Positions 1 to 7,498 of a DNA stretch of 12,689 nucleotides are shown one piece after another. The notes beneath the pieces were generated by a model, which had not been told where the DNA came from, did no database searches, and saw only the letters and a list, made by a program, of their open reading frames with translations. The first letter of the stretch is position 1, and each line of letters starts with the position of its first letter. The position numbers and the translations under genes are program-made. Source of the DNA: Promethearchaeota archaeon (lineage in GTDB: Archaea > Asgardarchaeota > Lokiarchaeia > Sigyniarchaeales > SOKP01); assembly GCA_004524535.1 (NCBI GenBank), contig SDNY01000105.1, positions 1-12,689 on the forward strand. The letters run 5' to 3'.

Positions 1-149
1 GATCTTTAAGATCTAATCCTAAATCCTTTTTTTTTTATTTTAATCCAAATAATACGTACAAAATATGATCAGGAAAATCATCAGGAACCTGACAAAAATT
101 GACAAAAATAAAGTGCAAATTTACTGACAAAACTAGAGTGTAACTAACA

Positions 150-181
150 GAAGAAAAAAGAATGAAGAAATGAAAAAAAAA
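150..181 (-). terminator. Oligo-U tract, likely terminator of the pyrG/Zn-finger transcript
   Basis: A-runs on + (U-runs on -) just downstream of the ORF stop at 198; oligo-U termination is typical of archaea. Confidence 0.35.
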
Positions 182-197
182 TTCTATTTTTTAATGG

Positions 198-377
198 TTA
201 ATCATCAACATAATCATCATCATAGTCCTCATCATCTTCGTCATCTATGACATCAGCATCTGCGTAAATTTCAGCTTCATCAACACAATCTTCACAATAA
301 GGCTTTCCTTGTACGTAAGTTATTTCTTTCTTAGGTACTTCCTCTCCACAACGATGACATTCAATATATTTTGGCAT
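198..377 (-). CDS. Small 59-aa Zn-finger protein (CxxC-x17-CxxC) with a highly acidic C-terminal tail; absent from the ORF track
   Basis: Manual translation: MPKYIECHRCGEEVPKKEITYVQGKPYCEDCVDEAEIYADADVIDDEDDEDYDDDYVDD*. ATG at 377-375, TAA at 200-198. SD-like AGGTGG 7 nt upstream; starts 29 nt after the pyrG stop on the same strand. Confidence 0.85.
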   Translation of the reverse strand: MPKYIECHRCGEEVPKKEITYVQGKPYCEDCVDEAEIYADADVIDDEDDEDYDDDYVDD

Positions 378-384
378 ATAAAAA

Positions 385-390
385 CCACCT
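385..390 (-). promoter_or_regulatory. Shine-Dalgarno-like site for the small Zn-finger ORF
   Basis: Minus strand reads AGGTGG-TTTTTAT-ATG, resembling the archaeal GGAGGTGA consensus. Confidence 0.65.
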
Positions 391-406
391 TTTTCTAATC
401 TTTCTT

Positions 407-2133
407 TTATTCAAATCCTCTTTTTATTTTAAACTTTATGCACTCTTTTATAAATGCTGTGTAAATTTTGGAAGGAGAGTATGGTCTACTTTTAAATTCT
501 GGGTGGAATTGAAGACCCAAACAAAAATGATCCTCTCGATTTAATTCTATGCTGTTTATAATTTTTCTTGTTTCATCTGTACTGGATACAATAAGACCAT
601 TTCTTTTAGCCTCTTCAGTGATATATTTTTCTTGTATATGATACCTATGTCGAAATCTTTCAATGATTTCTTCCTTATGATAAGCTTTATCTAACCGGGT
701 TCCCTCTTCCACAATTATTTTGAGACCTCCTAATCTCATTGTCCCTCCCTTTTCAGAGACTGCTTTTTGAGATTCTAACAAGTCTACTACTGGATGCGGT
801 GTGTCAGGATCAATTTCAGTGGAATTTGCACCTTCTAATCCAAGATATTTTCTACAAAACGCAATGAAAAACAATTGGGCTCCGAAGCATATACCTAAGA
901 AAGGAATTTTATTTTCCATAGCATATTCTGCTGATTTTATCATCCCCTCTACGGCTCGCTCTCCAAATCCAGGTGTTAATAAAATCCCATCACAATCCTT
1001 TAATTGATTTTCGATGTTAGTATCTTCAGTAATATTAATCATCTTGAGCTCAGCTTTATAGCCAAGATGTGCAGCAGCATGTTCTATAGCATCATTAATA
1101 GAAATATAAGAATCTGATATATTAAAATACTTACCAGGCATCCCTATTCTAACAGTTTCTTTAGCACCTTTGAATAATTCAACCAATTTCACCCATTCAG
1201 AATAATTTGTTATTTCATTATCTCCAGTAACTAATTTTGCTTTTAAATCTAATAAATCACACAAGGAATCGCCTAATTGTTGATCCTCAAATAAAAGTGG
1301 TATTTCATAAACCGTTTCGGCATCTGGATTAGAAATCACTGCTTCTGGAGGAACGTTGGAAAATAAAGAAATTTTTCTTCTGATATCTTCATCTAAAGCT
1401 TTTTCACTTCGACATATAACTATATCAGGCTGTAATCCTGCACTCTGAAGCATTTTTATTGAATGTTGTGTGGGTTTTGATTTTTGCTGACCGACTGCCC
1501 TCGAATAAGGGACTAAAGTAACATGTACGAATGCTGTATGCCTTTTTGGTAACTCTAATTTTAACTGTCGGAATGATTCTAAAAAGATACTGGATTCTAA
1601 ATCACCAACAGTACCCCCGCATTCAATAATCAATACATCTAAATTTTCGTTTTTCGCTATATCCATTAATCTTTCCTTAATCATATTAGTTACATGAGGT
1701 ATTATTTGTACTGTTCTTCCTAAAAATTTCCCTTTTCTCTCACTAAGAATTGTAGAAAGATAAATCTGACCAGATGTTATATTATGAGAAGGATCAATCT
1801 CAATTCCAAGAAATCTTTCGTATGTTCCGAAGTCCTGGTCGATTTCACTAATTTTATAACATCGTTCCTCTGATTCATCAACAGGCCTGAAATCCCAGAC
1901 GTTTTCAGTTATAAAACATTCCCCGTGCTCTATAGGATTGAGTGTTCCAGGATCTACATTTAAATAAGGATCAATCTTCACAGCAGAAATCTTGAAACCT
2001 CTAAATTGAAGAATCTTACCTAAACTGGCACTGACGACGCCTTTGCCTTTGCCTATTGTAGCGAAACGCTAAACAACAATATGCCGCTCATGACTCCGCC
2101 AGTTACAATTACAAATTTGCACTCATTCGTCAT
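407..2133 (-). CDS. pyrG: CTP synthase interrupted by a 32-nt insertion (2048-2079); segment 1 = 2133-2080, segment 2 = 2047-407; reconstructed length 564 aa
   Basis: Segment 1 reads MTNECKFVIVTGGVMSGI; segment 2 reads GKGVVSASLGKILQFRGFKISAVKIDPYLNVDPG... Downstream motifs: HGE..YERF, TVQIIPHVT, ECGGTVGDLES, KSKPTQHS, and the GATase triad GICFG (Cys) and FHPE (His, Glu). The track's GTG start at 1981 lacks the P-loop. Confidence 0.93.
2048..2079 (-). other. 32-nt frame-disrupting hairpin insertion in the pyrG P-loop
   Basis: Minus strand TTGTTGTTTAGCGTTTCGCTACAATAGGCAAA. Perfect core hairpin TAGCG-TTT-CGCTA. TAG stops occur in both the upstream frame (2055-2053) and the downstream frame (2071-2069). 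Confidence 0.85.
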
Positions 2134-2234
2134 ATGGATTACTTCAGATTCGGGAAAAATAATTAATTCTCATTTATTTATTAAAATAAAATTATAAATA
2201 TAAAACACAAAATAAAAAGTTTTAGTTTAACTCC

Positions 2235-3062
2235 TTAACGACCTTTAAAAATAGGGTCTTTTTTTGTTATTAATGATTTTGTGGCTGCCCTAAAATCAGA
2301 AGTTTTAAAAAGGGCTCTAAGACCTTCATTTTCCAAATCTAAAGTTCTTGAAAGGATTTCTCGGAAATAATTATGCATTGTCTTTTTCATTAATTTTAAT
2401 GATACGCTGGGTCCCTTTGGTGGTATTAATCTTAACGCTTTTTCTTTTACGTATGGCATTAATTCATCGGGCGGTAAGACTTTGTTAACTAAACCAAGTT
2501 CTTCAGCCTTTTGAGCAGTAATTTTATCGCCAAAATAACAAATCTCTTTCGCTTTTTGAAAGCCGATCAAAAAAGGTAGCATAAACGACGAGCTAAATTC
2601 AGACATGACAGCTCGACGCACAAAATAGAATCCCAACCAACTATCGTCATCATCGGACATATAAATCAGATCGGCAGCAACTAAAGGCATAGTGATACCT
2701 ATACCGACAGCTAACCCATTAATAGCAGCTATTACCGGCTTGGAAAAATCCCAAAACTTCATACATAAACGTTTTAGAGCAATATCCATCAAATCGAGTT
2801 CTTTCATAATCTCAGGAGGAATTGTTTTTATAAAATTCATGTTAAAATATCCCCCACTCGAAAATGCTCTACCTTCTGGATGTCCTGTCATGATTAAAAC
2901 TCTCGCATTTTTATCGGCTTCCATATCTGCTAAAATAGTCTCAATTTCCAAGAAAGTAACATGTGACATGGCGTTTCTTCTTTTAGGCCGATTAATTGTC
3001 ATGGTACAAATACCATTTTCCTCTTTTTCATAAATAATATCCTGAATATCTTCAATTTTCAT
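2235..3062 (-). CDS. Enoyl-CoA hydratase/isomerase (crotonase) family protein, paralog B
   Basis: Motifs TINRPKRRNA, AFSSGG, KPVIAAINGLAVGIG, ITAQKAEELGLVNKV. Confidence 0.93.
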   Translation of the reverse strand: MKIEDIQDIIYEKEENGICTMTINRPKRRNAMSHVTFLEIETILADMEADKNARVLIMTGHPEGRAFSSGGYFNMNFIKTIPPEIMKELDLMDIALKRLCMKFWDFSKPVIAAINGLAVGIGITMPLVAADLIYMSDDDDSWLGFYFVRRAVMSEFSSSFMLPFLIGFQKAKEICYFGDKITAQKAEELGLVNKVLPPDELMPYVKEKALRLIPPKGPSVSLKLMKKTMHNYFREILSRTLDLENEGLRALFKTSDFRAATKSLITKKDPIFKGR

Positions 3063-3097
3063 TTTAATCCTTGCCTATTTTAAATATTTATTTTTAG

Positions 3098-3919
3098 TTA
3101 TTTCCCTTTAAAAATGGGATCTTTCTTTGTTATTAATGATTTTGTCGCTGCTCTAAAATCAGAAGTTTTGATTGAGGCTTTATATCCTTCGTTTTCTAAA
3201 TCTAAAGTTCTTGAAATGATTTCTCGGAAATAATTATGCATTGTTTTTTTCATTAATTTTAATGATACGCTTGGACCTTTAGGAGGGACTAATCTTAAAG
3301 CTTGTTCTCTAGCGTATGGCATTAATTCATCGGCCGGTAAGACTTTATTAACTAAACCAAGTTGTTCAGCCTCCTGAGCCGTAATTTTATCGCCAAAATA
3401 GCAAATCTCTTTCGCTTTTTGAAATCCAAGATAAAATGGTAGAATAAAAGACATACTAAATTCGGGAATTACTGCTCGCTTGACAAAATAAAAGCCTAAC
3501 CAAGCTTCTTCAGCCATATAGATTAGATCCGCACCAGCTAAAGGCATAGTAATGCCACCACCAATGGCTAATCCATTTATTGCAACGATGATTGGTTTTG
3601 AAAAATCCCATAATTTCAAGCATAACTTTTTTTGCGCCATATCCATAAAATCGAGTTCTTTCTTTATTTCTGGAGGTATTGAGGTCATGAATTTAGCGTT
3701 ATAGTATCCCCCTGAGGAGAATGCATTGGCTTCTTTACAGCCCGTTATGATAAGTACCCTAGCGTTCTTATCTGCCTCCATATCATCAAGAACAACTTGA
3801 ATTTCTAAAAGAGATACGAAAGATAACGCATTTCTTCTTTCAGGCCGGTTAATTGTTAAGGTACAAATACCATTTTCTTCTTTTTCATAAATAAAATCTT
3901 GTATCTCATCAATATTCAT
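3098..3919 (-). CDS. Enoyl-CoA hydratase/isomerase (crotonase) family protein, paralog A
   Basis: Motifs TINRPERRNA, AFSSGG, KPIIVAINGLAIGGG, ITAQEAEQLGLVNKV; close tandem paralog of 2235-3062. Confidence 0.93.
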   Translation of the reverse strand: MNIDEIQDFIYEKEENGICTLTINRPERRNALSFVSLLEIQVVLDDMEADKNARVLIITGCKEANAFSSGGYYNAKFMTSIPPEIKKELDFMDMAQKKLCLKLWDFSKPIIVAINGLAIGGGITMPLAGADLIYMAEEAWLGFYFVKRAVIPEFSMSFILPFYLGFQKAKEICYFGDKITAQEAEQLGLVNKVLPADELMPYAREQALRLVPPKGPSVSLKLMKKTMHNYFREIISRTLDLENEGYKASIKTSDFRAATKSLITKKDPIFKGK

Positions 3920-4016
3920 TTTTAATTAAAATAACCCTATTTATTCTAAAAATTTAATTCAGTGATAGATGATTATTTTTTATTTTAATTAAATTTTAAA
4001 AAAAAAAAGATATTTT

Positions 4017-5744
4017 TTACAATTCTTTGTGTGCTTCTTCTCGAAGTTGTCGTTTTAAAACCTTCCCTATTGCGGTGAGTGGCAATGCATCACTATATTC
4101 CCAGATTTTAGGCATTTCATATTTCGATAGATTGGTACTCGCATACTCTTCTATGTTTGTTTTTACGCTTTCACTCAGTTTGACTCCTTCTTTAAGCTGA
4201 ATAATTGCTTTTACAATCTCACTACCAGGGCGATCTGGATCTGGTATTCCGATTATTGCCATTAATTCAATATTTGGATGTTTAGTCATTATCTCTTCAA
4301 CATGGACGCTATATACTTTGTATCCACTTACGATTAACATATCCTTAGTTCTATCGACAATTCTAAGATATCCATCCTCATCTAATATTCCCACATCCCC
4401 CGTATGGAACCATCCATCAATTATTGTCTTTGAAGTCGCATCTGGTTTATTATAGTAACCTCTCGTAACTTGAGGCCCTTTACAAATTATTTCTCCTGGT
4501 TTACCAATTTCCACATCCTCACCAGTTTCAACATCAACAAGGCGAATTTCTGTATCAGATACAGGTAACCCAACGGTACCAATTTTTTTCTTACCTAAAA
4601 ATGGATTCATCGTAAGTATAGGTGATGTTTCTGTCATACCATAAACCTCCATAACTTTATTCTGTGCAGACAGGGTAGCTTCAAAATCATGAATTGCTTT
4701 TTCTGGGAAGGGTGCTGCTCCTGAGGCAAAAACTCTAATCCCTTCTAATACTTCTTTTGGAATTTTTTTTATTAATGGATGATTTTTCATCGATAAGTAT
4801 AAGGTAGGTACATTAACAAGAAGATTAGGTTTCTTGTCAATTATTTCCTTTATTAAATGCTTTATATCACGAGGATTTACTATTAATATTTGAGTATCAG
4901 AATATGATACAGATAATTGACAAAACGCCAAACCTGCTAAATGAAATGTTGGAAATGCAGATAAACTTATATCTTTTCCAGGTTCAACATTAAGCCATCT
5001 CTGAATCTGCACTAAATTAGAAATAATATTGAAATGGGTTAATTCTGTGCCTTTCGGTAATCCCGTTGTTCCACCAGTATATTGAAGTAATGCCAAGTCA
5101 TTTTTTACATTGATTGAGACCTCCTTTAAATCGATTTCTGTTTCCAAAACTTCATTAAAGAGAACCACTTTTTTACCTGGCCATGGAGTAACTTTACCTT
5201 TGGGAATTTTCTTGAGTACTTTACCGAGAAATATGATTAGTTTTGGTAGCCCCATATAATCAGAGATATTTGTGGTAATTATACATTCGAGATTAGGCAC
5301 TTTATCAAGGATCTTGGTTAGAATTTTTTCATAAATCACATCCAAGGTTACTATAAATTTTGCCTTACTATCATTGATTTGGTATTCATATTCATTAAGA
5401 CTTAATAGCGGAGAACAGCCAGAAGACACACCTCCTGCGAGCAAGGTTCCGAAATGAGCCGCCATATACTGAGGACAATTCGGTAGATTGATAGTAACTA
5501 CATCGCCTTTTTTTAAGCCATTTTTCTGTAAAAAAGTTGCGAAACAGTGTGTCCATTCTCTGAGCTCTTTAAACGTCATCATCATCTTCATAAAATATAA
5601 TGCAGGCTTTTCCGGAAATTTTTGCATTGCTTTGTCAAAAAATTCACCAAGACTATCCGTAGGATATTCTAAATTGGGCTTTACATGATTATCATATGAT
5701 TTTAACCAAATTTTAGAACTATAGGTGCTTTTTTGAGAAGTTAT
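4017..5744 (-). CDS. Long-chain-fatty-acid--CoA ligase (FadD-like, ANL superfamily); true start upstream of the track's ATG 5627, probably near 5744-5751
   Basis: Motifs YTGGTTGLPKG, YGMTE, FHTGD, RTKDMLIVSG, GKVLKRQLR. The frame stays open upstream to 5747 and encodes ...KIWLKSYDNHVKPNLEYPTDSLGEFFDKA, a typical FadD N-terminus. Exact start uncertain. Confidence 0.88.
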   Translation of the reverse strand: MTSQKSTYSSKIWLKSYDNHVKPNLEYPTDSLGEFFDKAMQKFPEKPALYFMKMMMTFKELREWTHCFATFLQKNGLKKGDVVTINLPNCPQYMAAHFGTLLAGGVSSGCSPLLSLNEYEYQINDSKAKFIVTLDVIYEKILTKILDKVPNLECIITTNISDYMGLPKLIIFLGKVLKKIPKGKVTPWPGKKVVLFNEVLETEIDLKEVSINVKNDLALLQYTGGTTGLPKGTELTHFNIISNLVQIQRWLNVEPGKDISLSAFPTFHLAGLAFCQLSVSYSDTQILIVNPRDIKHLIKEIIDKKPNLLVNVPTLYLSMKNHPLIKKIPKEVLEGIRVFASGAAPFPEKAIHDFEATLSAQNKVMEVYGMTETSPILTMNPFLGKKKIGTVGLPVSDTEIRLVDVETGEDVEIGKPGEIICKGPQVTRGYYNKPDATSKTIIDGWFHTGDVGILDEDGYLRIVDRTKDMLIVSGYKVYSVHVEEIMTKHPNIELMAIIGIPDPDRPGSEIVKAIIQLKEGVKLSESVKTNIEEYASTNLSKYEMPKIWEYSDALPLTAIGKVLKRQLREEAHKEL

Positions 5745-5894
5745 TTTTCATCACTTCAAGATCGGATTTAGTTCAAAAAATTAAAATTGGGTACAATTAT
5801 TATTTTAGATCGTCCAAATTTATAAAGTTTTATTATTGATTCTAAATAAGTGAAAACTTTTTATTTTGAAAAATAGGAAAAGAGAGATTAAAAA

Positions 5895-7220
5895 CTAAAT
5901 TTGCTTTACTATCTCTGATTTTTTAAGATGTTTTTTTTGAACGTCTTTATTAAAATCCGAACGCCCACGATGAATGGTTATCTCTGGGGGAGACATTGTA
6001 AGTAATGCTTGAGCAATTTTTGGATATTGGGCAATGAAGACAAATTCCTCTTGGACTAAGGGTTTCTGTTTATGTACATTTGCGTATCTGACGAGCTCAA
6101 GAGTTTGACGTGCTTCCTCCTCATCCTTGAATTTTAAATTAAAGTTTTTATAAATATGTTTAAAAGAAGATATCCCACTATATTCTCCTGTGGTAATCTT
6201 ACGCCCAGTCTCAACTAATATTGTCTCTCCTCGTCCTAATTCTTTGAAATCGTACAACTCATATGTACGATGATTTTTAAGTGCCCCATCGGCATGGATG
6301 CCCGACTCATGAGCAAAAGCATTAGCGCCGACTCCAACTTGATTTACGGGGATAGGCACACCAAAAGCGTGTGAGGCATAATTGGCAACTTTCCATGCAT
6401 GGCTTAAATCAATACGAGGATCTAATAATCCCAATTCATCAAAATCTGCGGCATATTTTAAAGCAAGAACAGTACTGACCAAATCACAGTTTCCGGCTCT
6501 TTCTCCCATAGAATTTACTGTCGTATTGATATAAGCATCTTGACCCTCTTCAATAACTCCCTTTGCACCTTCTAGAGCTGTTGCAACTGCCATCCCAAGG
6601 TCGTTATGAGTGTGTAATTCAATAGGGAGGTCAACGGCTTTTGTAAGATCCTTGCACCTAAAATGAATTCGAAAACTTCTTTCATAACCTAAAGTATCAC
6701 AATAGCGAATGCGGTCAGCTCCCGCTTTTTTAGCAGCTAAAGCAAATTTAATAAGGTAATCCATGTTTGTTCTCGAAGCATCTTCAGCGTTAACACCAAC
6801 TTTCTTTATCCCTAAATCCTTTGCTCTTTTAACCGCTTCTACCATTGTTTTAATTACATCTTCTTGGTCTAACTTTCCTTGAAACTTGCCATTTATCATT
6901 TCATTGGAGGTGGAAATTGATAGATTTATATGTTCCAACTTAGGACAGTTTTCCACTGCCAATTCAACGTCCGTAGCCATGGCTCTCATCCAACCTGATA
7001 GAATCATTGGGTGTATGACTCCAAATTGAGCCAAGCTTAGATTAGCGTTAATGTAATTTGTTTCATGATGGGTTGTTGGAAAACCCATTTCTGATTGGTA
7101 TACTCCCATGCGGTTAAGTAAAATATTTAAAACTGTCTTCTCTAGCTTTGCTAAGCCTAATCTACTTGTTTGAACGCCATCCCGATTTGTAACATCCAAT
7201 ATATGTATTCGATTATCCAT
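5895..7220 (-). CDS. Homocitrate synthase / DRE-TIM metallolyase (NifV/LeuA/CimA-like) family
   Basis: Motifs DVTNRDGVQT, NAEDASR, YCDTLG, ELHTHNDLGMA, GERAGN, VGANAFAHESGIHADG. No LeuA regulatory domain evident; substrate not determinable from sequence. Confidence 0.85.
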   Translation of the reverse strand: MDNRIHILDVTNRDGVQTSRLGLAKLEKTVLNILLNRMGVYQSEMGFPTTHHETNYINANLSLAQFGVIHPMILSGWMRAMATDVELAVENCPKLEHINLSISTSNEMINGKFQGKLDQEDVIKTMVEAVKRAKDLGIKKVGVNAEDASRTNMDYLIKFALAAKKAGADRIRYCDTLGYERSFRIHFRCKDLTKAVDLPIELHTHNDLGMAVATALEGAKGVIEEGQDAYINTTVNSMGERAGNCDLVSTVLALKYAADFDELGLLDPRIDLSHAWKVANYASHAFGVPIPVNQVGVGANAFAHESGIHADGALKNHRTYELYDFKELGRGETILVETGRKITTGEYSGISSFKHIYKNFNLKFKDEEEARQTLELVRYANVHKQKPLVQEEFVFIAQYPKIAQALLTMSPPEITIHRGRSDFNKDVQKKHLKKSEIVKQI

Positions 7221-7325
7221 TTTATTTTCCTATATTATTATTACTAGAATAGTTATATTGTATAACTTTAATGTTTTTCGATTTTTAAGAGAATTATTCT
7301 TATTTTTTTTTAATTTCTTTTAAAA

Positions 7326-7351
7326 AAATGAAATTCTTTTAAATTTCATTT
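7326..7351. promoter_or_regulatory. Perfect 10-bp inverted repeat in a divergent promoter region (candidate operator)
   Basis: AAATGAAATT-ctttta-AATTTCATTT between the divergent genes starting at 7220 and 7499. Confidence 0.4.
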
Positions 7352-7498
7352 AGAATTTCTGAAAAATGTTTGATTTTCTTTTTTATTCATTTTTTTTAAA
7401 TAATCTTAAGAAATATAAAGTTAAATGTTTATCTTTTAAGCAATTCTATTTATATTTAAAAAACAATTAAGATAATTAAAATATATAGAGAGATTACC

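Noticed and set aside
198-260. ATC/CAT trinucleotide-like repeats
   Set aside because: Explained by Asp codons of the acidic tail of the 59-aa ORF; not a microsatellite or CRISPR array.
801-1007. 68-aa + strand ORF
   Set aside because: Antisense shadow inside pyrG with no recognisable motif.
1979-1981. GTG 1981 as the real pyrG start
   Set aside because: It would omit the P-loop. Conserved sequence continues upstream in frame to 2047 and resumes at 2080-2133.
2056-2079. Programmed -1 frameshift through the insert
   Set aside because: No X-XXY-YYZ slippery site. A slip at G-UUU lands on UAG 2071-2069, and a later slip would add 11 residues inside the P-loop.
2040-2090. Canonical bulge-helix-bulge motif at the pyrG insert junctions
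   Set aside because: The frame-restoring cuts (AU|A and AA|A) would need CGGC to pair with AGGC, which it does not. Another relaxed register excises 30 nt and does not restore the frame. A strict BHB intron is therefore not supported, though non-canonical processing remains open.
2692-3033. 113-aa + strand ORF
   Set aside because: Antisense shadow of a crotonase gene.
5488-5688. 66-aa + strand ORF
   Set aside because: Antisense shadow of the fadD-like gene, including its extended N-terminus.
5748-5753. Selenocysteine or readthrough at the TGA upstream of fadD
   Set aside because: Two consecutive in-frame TGA codons and no FadD-like sequence evident further upstream.
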